Assembly (NCBI GenBank): GCA_018335015.1
Contig: JAGXKX010000001.1
Span: 54,028 to 118,027, forward strand
Direction: 5' to 3'
DNA from: Candidatus Bipolaricaulota bacterium
GTDB lineage: Bacteria > Bipolaricaulota > Bipolaricaulia > M55B111
Length of the DNA: 64,000 nucleotides
Within the stretch, counting starts at the first letter, position 1, and the number at the start of each line of letters is the position of its first letter. A program made the translations under genes and the position numbers. Below are positions 9,838-18,900 of the stretch, in pieces. A model generated the notes under the pieces. It ran no database searches and was not told the DNA's origin. It worked only from the letters and a program-made list of their open reading frames with translations.

Positions 9838-10695
9838 TCAGTCTTCGCGATAGATCCTGCCGGGCGAGACCAATTCTACTTCAAACGGAGGGTCTTCCGA
9901 GTCCATGATTTCTACTTTAAGTTCCTGTATTCTGTCTTTGTATCGGGAGGAAATATGAAAGCCCAGAAATTTCTTTTCCACTCCCGCCTCCTTGCCCACC
10001 TTTATGGCTTCCTCTAAAGTGGCATGTTTGTACATTTTTCTATCCTCTTCTTCAAGGAAAGTGCAGTCGTGGCATAGAACCTCCGTACCTTCAATCTTCT
10101 TCGGATCCAGGGGCACGGAATCGCCACCGTAAGTAAATATCTTCTGTCTGTAAGTTTCCATCAGTCCTTCTCGCCCTTCTCGTTCAGCTATTTCCCTTAT
10201 CTCCTCCTGAGAATAATCGCTATACTCGTCCTTCAAACGCTGGCGTTCTTCGATGATATTATACCCGAGCGATACTTCGCTCCGGGAGTGTTCGGTGGAG
10301 AAAGCACTGACGAACCGAGGATTCCGCGAGCCGTCCTCACCATAAACCTGAACCTCCTCGTCCGGCTCAATCGGTACCCAGTTGAGTGGGTACTTTACGT
10401 TATTATTGGTTCTGCTGAGATAATTTATCAATTCGGAAATATGAAAATTGTTTCGGGGGTAGTAAATATTCAACGGCTTTTTCTTGTCTCCCATAGCGTT
10501 GTTTCTTATGTTGACAAGACTCACAAGGCCCGCTATATGATCCGTGTGGCCGTGCGAGAGAAAAACGTTTTGGACTGCAAATGTTTTATTCCCCATAATA
10601 CTGCTCACGCTTTCCCCCGCATCAAAAAGAATCCTGTCCGGGCTGTAGTAGAGCCAGCTGGAATAAAGAGCCTTGGAATAGGCGAGTATTTTCAT
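9838..10695 (-). CDS. rnz: ribonuclease Z-like metallo-beta-lactamase-fold hydrolase
   Basis: The HxHxDH motif (SHGHTDH) and a C-terminal tRNase Z-like motif (HATLEEAIKVGKEAGVEKKFLGFHISSRY) are present. Confidence 0.55.
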   Translation of the reverse strand: MKILAYSKALYSSWLYYSPDRILFDAGESVSSIMGNKTFAVQNVFLSHGHTDHIAGLVSLVNIRNNAMGDKKKPLNIYYPRNNFHISELINYLSRTNNNVKYPLNWVPIEPDEEVQVYGEDGSRNPRFVSAFSTEHSRSEVSLGYNIIEERQRLKDEYSDYSQEEIREIAEREGREGLMETYRQKIFTYGGDSVPLDPKKIEGTEVLCHDCTFLEEEDRKMYKHATLEEAIKVGKEAGVEKKFLGFHISSRYKDRIQELKVEIMDSEDPPFEVELVSPGRIYRED

Positions 10696-10705
10696 TTAGC
10701 GACCA

Positions 10706-11533
10706 TTAATCTTGAGCGTTAAAACCTCTCAGAAAGGCATCGATATTCCTTCCCAGATCATCACCAACGTATCCTCCTTCCAGGACGCCGAAAGCAGGGA
10801 TGCCCACCTCCCTCAACATATTTCCGATTTCTTTGAAAGCAGAAGTAGAGAGGCCAACTGAGGCCAGCGGGTCATCCTTGTGGCCGTCAAATCCAGCTGA
10901 TAGTGCCAGCTGTTCGAGCTCCTTTTCGCGCAATCGCTGGAGTTCCTCGTTCAGTAAATCAAGATACTTTTCGTCTCCTATAGTAGCCGAAACCGGGTGA
11001 TTAATAGCGTTCTGATGGGATTCGCGGCCCGTTCCTGGAAAGCCGGGCGAGCGATGCAGGGAAAGGTACGTAACGCCTTCTTTTCCGAGAAAGATGTCCT
11101 CCGTTCCATTGCCGTGATGGGCGTCAAAATCAACTATTAAGGTCTTCAATCCTGATTTCTCAACCGCTATAGCTAGGTTGTTAAAGTAACAAAAACCCCC
11201 GAGAAAGTTACGTCCGGCGTGATGGCCGGGAGGCCTCATAATAGACAAAGCTCCGGATTCCTGAGCGGTAATTGCTCCTCCCGCTGAAAGAGTTGCGTAA
11301 AAGAATAAATCTTCATATTTGGGACAATCAGGGTCCGAGAACCTGCCCTCTTTGACCCTCTGGACGAAATCTTCGTCGTGGACTAAAAGTAGGTCGTCAT
11401 TTGAGGCCTGAACCGGTTCCTTAACATCGTATTTATCCTTTAAATAATTATGCGCTTTCTTAACTCGGTCGGGGCTTTCGGGATGCCCGGCCGAGCGGTA
11501 CTGCAAGGCTTCTTCTGAAAATACTAAATCCAT
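10706..11533 (-). CDS. histone deacetylase-family amidohydrolase (AcuC/AphA-like)
   Basis: HDAC active-site motifs are present (PPGHHAGRNFLGGFCYFNN, DFDAHHGNGTEDIF). Confidence 0.75.
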   Translation of the reverse strand: MDLVFSEEALQYRSAGHPESPDRVKKAHNYLKDKYDVKEPVQASNDDLLLVHDEDFVQRVKEGRFSDPDCPKYEDLFFYATLSAGGAITAQESGALSIMRPPGHHAGRNFLGGFCYFNNLAIAVEKSGLKTLIVDFDAHHGNGTEDIFLGKEGVTYLSLHRSPGFPGTGRESHQNAINHPVSATIGDEKYLDLLNEELQRLREKELEQLALSAGFDGHKDDPLASVGLSTSAFKEIGNMLREVGIPAFGVLEGGYVGDDLGRNIDAFLRGFNAQD

Positions 11534-11608
11534 GATCCTCCTTTTTTAGTGGAGTTTTTCGGCGGACGTAATCCGGAAAGATCAAAGAATGCCGGCTGTA
11601 GCGGGAAC

Positions 11609-12118
11609 TCAACCAGTCCGGTGCATCTCCTCTTCCATCTCCACGTAGTCCCCGTACTCCTCCTGGACCTTTTCCATGTGCTGCTCTATTTGTTCGTGTC
11701 GTTTTCTCAGATCTTCGGGTATTTCTTTATTACTCGAATCCAGGTAATTGTAAATGGCTTCCACTAAACCGTCGGCAGCCAGGTTGGAGCAGTGCATTTT
11801 AACCGAAGGCAAACCATCCAGCTCCTCCGCAACCTTCTCGTTGGTTATTTCCAGGGCTTTTTCGAGCGTCTCCCCTTTCGCCAGTTCCGTTACCATTGAA
11901 GACGTAGCTATTGCTGCCGTACAGCCGAAGGTTTCCCAGGAAATATCCTCGATAATTTCTTTCCCTACCTCGTTCTCACCTACTTCTACATAAATCCACA
12001 TTACGTCCCCGCAGAGCGCGTTACCTACTTTGCCGATCGCGTCGGGATCTTCCATCTTCCTCTGGTTCTGAGGGTTATTGAAGTGTTCCATTACTTTTTC
12101 TGAATACACTATGACCAC
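11609..12118 (-). CDS. iscU: Fe-S cluster scaffold IscU/NifU-like with acidic C-terminal extension
   Basis: The N-terminus reads YSEKVMEHFNNPQN, and the protein has LCGDVM and FGCTAAIATS cysteine motifs. It lies downstream of iscS. Confidence 0.8.
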   Translation of the reverse strand: MVIVYSEKVMEHFNNPQNQRKMEDPDAIGKVGNALCGDVMWIYVEVGENEVGKEIIEDISWETFGCTAAIATSSMVTELAKGETLEKALEITNEKVAEELDGLPSVKMHCSNLAADGLVEAIYNYLDSSNKEIPEDLRKRHEQIEQHMEKVQEEYGDYVEMEEEMHRTG

Positions 12119-12138
12119 CTCAAAGCAGTCTTTCTGGG

Positions 12139-13290
12139 TTAGTTTGACAGGGGGGAGGCCCGCCTTAACTCATCTACGACTTCCGGAAGTTCCTCCAGCA
12201 GGTACTCCACGTCTTCTTCCTGCGTTTCCCTGCCCAGAGTAATTCTCAAACTACCATGGGCAAGAGAAAGAGGGAGTCCTATGGAAAGAAGTACGTGACT
12301 CGGTTCGAGGCTCGGGGAGGAACACGCAGACCCGGTGCTGGCCGCTATATTTCGATTATCCAGCTTCATCACTATAGATTCCCCTTCTATTCCCTTGAAG
12401 CTAAAGTTGGCGTTATTAGCAAGTCTATTTTCATCAGGTCCGTTCAGCCTCGCATCGGGTATCTTAAGAACATTCTCGATGATTTTTTCCCTCAACGCCC
12501 TTTCGCGGGGGATTTCTTCCCCCTGTTCTTCAGCCATTAGTTCTGTAGCAGCAGCCAGTCCCACTATTCCAGGAACGTTTTCGGTTCCACTTCTCAGTCC
12601 TTTTTCGTGCCCCCCTCCGTGCAATAATGGCTCCAGCTTAACTCCTTTCCGGCGATAGAGAAATCCCACTCCTTTTGGTCCATAAATTTTATGGCCCGAC
12701 GCGGATAGCAAATCGACGTTTTCCAGATCGAGTGGAAACTTACCGAAAGACTGGACTGCATCCGTGTGGAACAAAGCTCCACTTTCAGCAGCAATCTCAG
12801 CAAGGTTTTCAATCGGCTCAATCGTCCCAATTTCGTTGTTTGCGTACATAATCGAGACGAGCGCCGTGTCATCGCGGATGGCGTTTTCCAGATCTTCCGG
12901 CTTGACTCGTCCAAGCTCGTCGACTTCGAGGAAAGTTACGTCGTGTCCCCGATCCTCCAGCCATTCGAAGGCATGAAGAACGGCGTGATGTTCTATCTCT
13001 GTGGTAATAAAATGAGCGGACTCATCCCGCGAAAGAGCGACACCTTTAATCGCAAGATTATCGGATTCTGTGGCACCTGACGTAAAAATAATCTCTTCCT
13101 GTTTCACGCCAAGGTAGTCGGAAATCTTATCCCTACTCCGTTCCAGCCCCTCTTTCCTCGCCGTATTCGCGGCCGAATATAGACTGGAAGGGTTCCCGAA
13201 CTTGTCCCGAAAAAAAGCTGACATCTCTTCCCTTACGGATTTGGCGACTGGAGTCGTAGCTGCGTTATCCAAATAGACTAGTTCGTTCAT
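12139..13290 (-). CDS. iscS: cysteine desulfurase (IscS/NifS, class V aminotransferase)
   Basis: The PLP-lysine SGHKIYGPKGVGFLY and the active-site Cys region STGSACSS are present. Confidence 0.85.
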   Translation of the reverse strand: MNELVYLDNAATTPVAKSVREEMSAFFRDKFGNPSSLYSAANTARKEGLERSRDKISDYLGVKQEEIIFTSGATESDNLAIKGVALSRDESAHFITTEIEHHAVLHAFEWLEDRGHDVTFLEVDELGRVKPEDLENAIRDDTALVSIMYANNEIGTIEPIENLAEIAAESGALFHTDAVQSFGKFPLDLENVDLLSASGHKIYGPKGVGFLYRRKGVKLEPLLHGGGHEKGLRSGTENVPGIVGLAAATELMAEEQGEEIPRERALREKIIENVLKIPDARLNGPDENRLANNANFSFKGIEGESIVMKLDNRNIAASTGSACSSPSLEPSHVLLSIGLPLSLAHGSLRITLGRETQEEDVEYLLEELPEVVDELRRASPLSN

Positions 13291-13376
13291 TTCTTACCTC
13301 CTAAAAAACTATACTATTATAGTCCAGTTTTATCAATACACGCCGAGTCCAGTCAAGTTCTCGATAAGAATATCTC

Positions 13377-13405
13377 TTGAGGGAAATTACTGCTTCTTTT
13401 ATAAT
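13377..13405 (+). promoter_or_regulatory. sigma70-like promoter of tRNA-Ala(CGC): -35 TTGAGG, 17-nt spacer, -10 TATAAT
   Basis: TTGAGG is at 13377-13382 and a perfect TATAAT is at 13400-13405. The tRNA 5' end lies 14 nt downstream of the -10 box. Confidence 0.55.
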
Positions 13406-13418
13406 AGCTTTGTCTTAC

Positions 13419-13494
13419 GGGGATGTAGCTCAGTCGGGAGAGCGCCGCGTTCGCAACGCGGAGGTCGGCGGTTCGAGTCCGCTCATCTCCACCA
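13419..13494 (+). tRNA. tRNA-Ala (anticodon CGC)
   Basis: A 76-nt cloverleaf was folded by hand. The acceptor GGGGATG/CATCTCC has G3:U70, the anticodon loop is TTCGCAA, the T-loop is TTCGAGT, and the 3' CCA is encoded. Coordinates are accurate to about 1 nt. Confidence 0.85.
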
Positions 13495-13498
13495 GAAT

Positions 13499-13768
13499 CT
13501 AAAGTTTTTCGTTTATCTCGTCAATTTTTTCTTCCAGATCTTCCAATTTTTTCTGGACTTCCTGGATAGATTTTAGTGTTTGGGGGTCAGGGCCTGATCC
13601 TCCGCCCATTCCTCCGCCCATACCACCCATCTGGCTCATAATTTGTCCCAGTCCGCCCATTCCTCCGCCCATACCACCTGACATCTCTTCCATCTTCTCC
13701 TCTAATTCCTTCTCCCTTGACTCTCTAGTCTCGTCTTTTTCTTCGTTCTTTTCCTCTTCTTCGTTCAT
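13499..13768 (-). CDS. small acidic coiled-coil protein with central Gly/Met-rich (GGMGG) repeats, hypothetical
   Basis: It is an 89-aa ORF with a strong SD (GGAGGT) 6 nt upstream of the ATG. The low-complexity core reads MSGGMGGGMGGLGQIMSQMGGMGGGMGGG. Confidence 0.45.
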   Translation of the reverse strand: MNEEEEKNEEKDETRESREKELEEKMEEMSGGMGGGMGGLGQIMSQMGGMGGGMGGGSGPDPQTLKSIQEVQKKLEDLEEKIDEINEKL

Positions 13769-13851
13769 GTATTTACCTCCAGTTGTTGAATGTAATTAAA
13801 ATTAAGATATTTAGACCTAACAATGCAACAGCAAACCGCGTGCCGAGGAGA

Positions 13852-14880
13852 TTACGCCTCCCAGCCAGTGCCCTCGCCAGGTAACGGACAGGAAGAGTTA
13901 AGCGCGGTTTCTGCTATGTTGTTTCCGTACTCTTTCACTCTTTCTATGCTATCGGAAACTATCCCCAGCAACTGGGCCGTTTGAGGGTCGAGTTTCCTGA
14001 GCGACTTGTCAAGATCGAACAGGTTTTCCTCTATAACCTCTCCCTGTGCCAGCGCTTCATTTGCCAGCTCGATGTCTCGCTGGGTAAGTGATTTTACGGA
14101 TTTATCAACTATCGATAGAGCTTCTACGGCCGTGGCGTTAAATGCTTCTCTGACTTCTTCTGGCAGGTCTTCTTCCAGTGCCGGAGAAATGCTGGCTATC
14201 TTCTTGGCATGATCCGCTATCCTCTCCAGCTGCTTGGCCGCCGTCTGGTAATCGAAGTAGCGTGCCCTGTTTACCTCTTTTCCGTTTCGCTCAACTATGG
14301 TATATAGCATAACCCTGAACCTTCGGGATAGAGCAAGGTAAAGTCTATCCACGTCGTCGTCCCTGTCCTCCACGTCCCTGGCAAGTTCGTGGTTGCTTTC
14401 AACCATAGCGTGCACTGAGTCTTCAAACATAGTGCGAGATATCTGATATATTCTCGATAGGGTCTCGTTTATTGACAGTTCGGAGAGATCCGAGAGATTG
14501 CGGATTATTATCTGATTTGAAGATTCCTCAACTATTTCGGGACCAATGAGAGACTGGGTGGTCTTTCTAATAGTGCCTCTCTGTTCAGAAGTTATTTGCT
14601 CCCCTTCGATTTTGATAACTTCATAACCCGCTATATAGAGAGAAATAATGCTCCTGGTTAGTACTGCACCTTCTCTATCTCCTATTTCCAGCTTACCAAC
14701 CTTGTCTTCCTCGTCCAGTTGCGTCTGGGGCTGAAGGACCATTGTATTCGGCTTTATACTCACCATATTGACTTCAGTTCCTGGCTCCAGGCCGATTCCT
14801 TCGGCCCACGCCTTGGGCAGCGTTACCATAAAGGTCGAACCACCGGTAATCTGGACCTTCCTACTATACATATTTTTCAC
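13852..14880 (-). CDS. AbrB/SpoVT-PhoU fusion regulator (phosphate uptake regulator PhoU family)
   Basis: An N-terminal SpoVT/AbrB swapped-hairpin domain (VQITGGSTFMVTLPKAWAEGIGL) is followed by tandem PhoU-like helical domains. Confidence 0.7.
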   Translation of the reverse strand: MKNMYSRKVQITGGSTFMVTLPKAWAEGIGLEPGTEVNMVSIKPNTMVLQPQTQLDEEDKVGKLEIGDREGAVLTRSIISLYIAGYEVIKIEGEQITSEQRGTIRKTTQSLIGPEIVEESSNQIIIRNLSDLSELSINETLSRIYQISRTMFEDSVHAMVESNHELARDVEDRDDDVDRLYLALSRRFRVMLYTIVERNGKEVNRARYFDYQTAAKQLERIADHAKKIASISPALEEDLPEEVREAFNATAVEALSIVDKSVKSLTQRDIELANEALAQGEVIEENLFDLDKSLRKLDPQTAQLLGIVSDSIERVKEYGNNIAETALNSSCPLPGEGTGWEA

Positions 14881-15071
14881 CTCTTAAAGTACTTAGTAAG
14901 GAGGAGGTCTAATATTTATTTTACTCTAGTATGTATATCAATATAGAAAAATTATACTAATATACATAACCCGTTACCAGGGTACGAGCGGAGATTGGAA
15001 ATAAGAACTCTTGAAGACTCGTTAGAATACCCTGAAGGGCAAAATTTACCAACTTAACCGGAATCGAACCC

Positions 15072-15102
15072 GTTTCCGCTTGACGGAAACTTGGCCTTTT
15101 CT
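15072..15102 (+). terminator. orphan intrinsic terminator-like hairpin plus T-tract (candidate sRNA end or leader attenuator)
   Basis: The stem GTTTCCG/CGGAAAC encloses a cttga loop and is followed by ttggccttttct. No plus-strand CDS lies upstream, because phoU is on the minus strand. Confidence 0.35.
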
Positions 15103-15131
15103 GTAAACTAGAAGAACTATTATTACTATAG

Positions 15132-15278
15132 AATCGAAAAAAGGGGGATAAAGTGCCAAAGTCCCAGCACGTTAAACCACCAAAACACCTGACTATAGTT
15201 TTTCTGGTGGCCTATCTTCTTATCTTTCTGGTTATTCCCAGCTTTGCGGCCGAAGATTATCTGGTGGTAGAGACATAA
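15132..15278 (+). other. disrupted 5' region of the PKD-protein gene: signal-peptide-like coding segment followed by an in-frame TAA
   Basis: In the same frame as the downstream PKD ORF it encodes ..HPKHLTIVFLVAYLLIFLVIPSFAAEDYLVVET, then TAA at 15276-15278. A GTG at 15152 with a GGGGG SD lies one frame off, upstream of the C/A run at 15176-15185. Confidence 0.5.
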
Positions 15279-15374
15279 GGGAGCAAGTCAGGCCTCTCCA
15301 GACTGGAGTACTTTCGAGGTAACATACCCGCCAGCGATTTTTACAACTACTACAAATTAAGACCTAATACCGGA

Positions 15375-17294
15375 TTGGAAAAATCAAGTACCTGCCTTCT
15401 AATTCCGTATCGAGAACCTTCAAACCAAACCAGCCTGATAATAGTAATGGGTGGTCCAGGATCATCCATCGGTGGAGCGGGCAAATTAAAGGTAAGGGGG
15501 CTAGCCGAAGGGGCGGAGGCTATTCTTCGAGACGATCCTCCCGATCAGGATCCAACCGACGGATACTCTGTTAATCCTCCCACAGCAACCTTCCAGTGGT
15601 CCTGGGAACCAGGGTTAGCCGACGGAGTAATTATAAGTGATCTGACGAAAAATCCGGATCTCGAGTTTAAATTTGACCTCCTCGAAAACGTCGACGAAGT
15701 CCGAATAATCACGGGCGATATCAAGGACCCTCGAGTGACGAGCCTGGATCCGGTTGCCAGTATTAGATTACGCGGCGTGGAAAGAAATCCGAGGCTAAAG
15801 CCTGAGTTCTCCGTTTCTGAATTACATCGACTCGGCCAGAACATAACCTTTGATGCATCAAATTCGACCGCTCCGGAAGGAAGAATAATCCAGTACGAGT
15901 GGGACTTCGACGGCGACGGACACTTTGCTTACATCTCCCATAAATCGGTAGTTGAACACACTTTCGTCAAATCGGGAAACCACGAGATAGCCCTTAGAAT
16001 TACCGACGACCGAGGAAATAAGGCAGTAAAGCGTAAAGAAATAGTCACGGTCGAAAGTCCTCTTGAAGCAGAAAGGAAACTATCAGCCCGGAAAGTCCGG
16101 CCAGGAGAAACAATAAACTGTGTTATAAAAATTACGGCGCGAACTGAGGTAGCGGGTATAGGAATAGATGATTCGGTCCCCGACGGATGGAGGGTAATTC
16201 CGGAAGCCCACGATGAGGGCATATTTAAACTTTCCACCAGCCAGTGGGTGTTGCCGGATAAGTTGGAGGCCGGTGAGACCAGGCAAATTAATTTTCGAAT
16301 CAGGACTCCTTCACAGAAGGAATTCGATTCCGGTTCTCCGGACCGGAAAGGAGAACTTAGCGGTAAGATTAGCAGCGCGAGTCCTGAATTCGTCGGTCAA
16401 ATAGAGGGTGACTCAAGCATAACAGTATCCCCTGAACTAGAGCCGCTCGAAGCTTTATCCCACCTCGATGTCGGGGAAGGAAAACTCGACTTTGGCCTAC
16501 CGAGCAGGATTTCTGATCGACAGTTAAAAAGGGTTATTAACTCCTGGCAAACCGGGAGGAGCATTCCCGGAATCGATGAAAAGGAAATAACTTTTGAGTT
16601 CGTCAAGAAAGCCCTGCTCTACTACCAGAAAGGATTAGACTCAAACATCAGGTTAAGCAAGGTAGAGCAGAGTAAACCCGAAGTTTTAAGAAGGGTCAAG
16701 CCGAATCTACCCGGAAAACTTTTGTTTGTGCACTCCGAGAGCCCTCTGGCAAACGAAGGCGAAAGAATTATTGAATTCGGCGTTGAGGTTATAATAAAAC
16801 CACGGAACAGGACTTTGATGGGGGTTGGACTGGAAGAGAAAATACCCGACGGCTGGGAAATCGTGCCCACTAAATCTGATAATCTTGCCTACAAGGATTC
16901 CACGGATCAATGGGTGATAACCCGTCCGATATTCCCCGGAGAAGAGTTCTCGGTACCTTACAACGTCCGGATTCCAATTGAAGAATCATCAGGGTGTTTT
17001 ACCGTATCCGGGGTGTTCAGTGAAAGCTGGTCCGGGGGAGCTAAAGTGATAAAGGGTGAAAGTTCTCTAAACCTGACCCGGACTCTCCCGATTCACCTCG
17101 TCATTTCGCGCTGGGGCAGCGAGGCCGGAGAGCTCGATTTGACCACCGACAACTACATTTCTGAGCCTCAGGCGAGAAAAGCTATTCAGCTCTGGGTTCT
17201 GGATGAACCAGTCCCGTATACGGAAGGAGAGAAGCTAAATTTCGAGGAAATTTTCGCCTATCAGCTGGAAAGGAAGCCGGTTGTAGAATCTTAA
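15375..17294 (+). CDS. large PKD-domain-containing exported protein; N-terminus disrupted, so a possible pseudogene (see the 15132-15278 feature)
   Basis: It is a 639-aa ORF starting at TTG. The PKD domain motif is ITFDASNSTAPEGRIIQYEWDFDGDGHF. No signal peptide is in frame after the stop. Confidence 0.6.
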   Translation: MEKSSTCLLIPYREPSNQTSLIIVMGGPGSSIGGAGKLKVRGLAEGAEAILRDDPPDQDPTDGYSVNPPTATFQWSWEPGLADGVIISDLTKNPDLEFKFDLLENVDEVRIITGDIKDPRVTSLDPVASIRLRGVERNPRLKPEFSVSELHRLGQNITFDASNSTAPEGRIIQYEWDFDGDGHFAYISHKSVVEHTFVKSGNHEIALRITDDRGNKAVKRKEIVTVESPLEAERKLSARKVRPGETINCVIKITARTEVAGIGIDDSVPDGWRVIPEAHDEGIFKLSTSQWVLPDKLEAGETRQINFRIRTPSQKEFDSGSPDRKGELSGKISSASPEFVGQIEGDSSITVSPELEPLEALSHLDVGEGKLDFGLPSRISDRQLKRVINSWQTGRSIPGIDEKEITFEFVKKALLYYQKGLDSNIRLSKVEQSKPEVLRRVKPNLPGKLLFVHSESPLANEGERIIEFGVEVIIKPRNRTLMGVGLEEKIPDGWEIVPTKSDNLAYKDSTDQWVITRPIFPGEEFSVPYNVRIPIEESSGCFTVSGVFSESWSGGAKVIKGESSLNLTRTLPIHLVISRWGSEAGELDLTTDNYISEPQARKAIQLWVLDEPVPYTEGEKLNFEEIFAYQLERKPVVES

Positions 17295-17297
17295 CTT

Positions 17298-18428
17298 TTA
17301 AGAGGCGCCGCTCAACTCTTTTCTGGACGGAATTTCAGCTCTTTTCCAGATCTCCTCAAAATAAGTCTCAAACGGTTTGGCTACCGAGGGTAGCTTTTTA
17401 ATTGCCACGTCCATCTCCAGATTCTCGGCGAGCGAATAGTAGGACCAGTTGCTCGAACCAACCAACACCGACTCTCCATCGACTATCAGGATTTTACTGT
17501 GGGTCGTAACCTCCGGGTTATCGAACTTCACGTCTTTAACCCCTTTGCCGAGAAGCCAGAGTGCCGTTTCCCGGTTTGTTTGGTTGATTTCTTCCGACCA
17601 GGTATTGACGTCAAGGACAATTCTAACCTCAACCCCTCTGTTCCTGGCCTTCACCAGCTCTTCGGTCAGCAGGTTGGACTTGCTTTCGCCGAAACTTGAG
17701 TATCTAGTAATTTTAAACAACACCAGATCAATCGACTTTCCAGCGTCTCTTATCAATTGTCTCGCTGTCTCGAAGTAAGCTCGGCTTTTTTTCGTGCTGA
17801 TTAGCGGGACTATCGATTTCCCTCCCGAAATTTCTGGAAGCTTCAGGCGCTCCGGGGGTTTCCCCCGCCAGGCCGCGTCAAAAAACCGCCCGTAAAACCG
17901 CCCTACCTCCCCTGAAACCAGCTTCAGGTTGGCCTGATATGTCTCAGTGTAGGTTGGAAAGTTCCAATTACTGGAACCCAGCAAGACGACCTCTTCGTCC
18001 ACTATTACGGTTTTAGAGTGAGTGGTGACCTCCGGATCGTCGAACTTAACCCTGAGCCCCCTATCTCTAAGATATTGCGCGGTCTCCCGGTTGGTCTTTG
18101 TTATCTCCCCGGACCAATCGCTTTTATCGAGAATTATTTTTACATTCACCCCTCGTCCTTTTGCGTCCACGAGGGCGTCGTATAGCCTGTTCTGTAGTCC
18201 GTCGGGATACTCGGGGTAGTAATTGGCGGTTGCCATCATCACCCTGATCGATGATTCGGCGTCTCTAACTGTGCTGAGTAACTCGTCGTAGTAAGTCCGA
18301 TTATTGGGCGTGTCGAGCAAAGGAGTAACCGTAACCTCTGCTGGCTTCGCAACCAGCGAAAATACGGCCAGCCCAAGAGCAATCAAAACGGAAAGCTTCT
18401 TTAGAAAAGATCTGTATTCACTGCTCAT
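17298..18428 (-). CDS. phospholipase D-family protein with two HKD motifs, secreted
   Basis: A signal peptide is present. The HKD motifs are HSKTVIVDEEVVLLGSSNW and HSKILIVDGESVLVGSSNW. Confidence 0.75.
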   Translation of the reverse strand: MSSEYRSFLKKLSVLIALGLAVFSLVAKPAEVTVTPLLDTPNNRTYYDELLSTVRDAESSIRVMMATANYYPEYPDGLQNRLYDALVDAKGRGVNVKIILDKSDWSGEITKTNRETAQYLRDRGLRVKFDDPEVTTHSKTVIVDEEVVLLGSSNWNFPTYTETYQANLKLVSGEVGRFYGRFFDAAWRGKPPERLKLPEISGGKSIVPLISTKKSRAYFETARQLIRDAGKSIDLVLFKITRYSSFGESKSNLLTEELVKARNRGVEVRIVLDVNTWSEEINQTNRETALWLLGKGVKDVKFDNPEVTTHSKILIVDGESVLVGSSNWSYYSLAENLEMDVAIKKLPSVAKPFETYFEEIWKRAEIPSRKELSGAS

Positions 18429-18550
18429 GGTAGTTTATTTTAGAAAAATTCTGGGATTTGTAAATACCCTGGCCCAGCTGAACCGAAGTTTACACTTCCC
18501 TCTGACCTGAAACGTTATCGGCTAGATTGAGCTTAGTTTTTACCACCTCC

Positions 18551-18750
18551 CAGTTCTTTCACCATCGTCGAACGTCATTATTTTGTCCTCATGTGCCTCT
18601 TACCCCTTACCTGGCAACTGATTTAACCTTAAAATCCTACCAGTAGACGAAATCCCGGCAGCCAGGTAAGGGGCAAGAGGCCTGAACTGAAGATATAGTT
18701 ATCGCAATATGAGATACCACTCGCTTACGAATAGTGATGAAGGAACTGGG
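18551..18750. repeat. MITE-like element copy B (200 bp)
   Basis: The TIRs are CAGTTCTTTCACC (18551-18563) and GTGATGAAGGAACTGGG (18734-18750). The hairpin spans 18596-18680 (CCTCTTACCCC-TTACCTGGC ... GCCAGGTAA-GGGGCAAGAGG). It sits in the divergent pld/wecB promoter region. Confidence 0.7.
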
Positions 18751-18765
18751 CTCCTGTTATTAACA

Positions 18766-18789
18766 CCAGATACTATACCAGATACTATA
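18766..18789. repeat. 12-bp tandem duplication CCAGATACTATA x2
   Basis: Read directly from the sequence. Confidence 0.8.
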
Positions 18790-18900
18790 GAAGAGAATCC
18801 AGTGTAAAACTAATTTTCAGCTTTTACGGGTAAAACTCTACACTTTCTTAACACCGCCCGTTGCACAAGAACCCCTAATCGAATAGCCTTTACGACTGCG

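Noticed and set aside
15055-15080. tRNA fragment or att remnant suggested by GGGTTCGATTCC on the minus strand
   Set aside because: The flanking sequence does not form a T-arm (there is an internal G-G mismatch), acceptor or anticodon arms. The adjacent hairpin is better explained as a plus-strand terminator stem.
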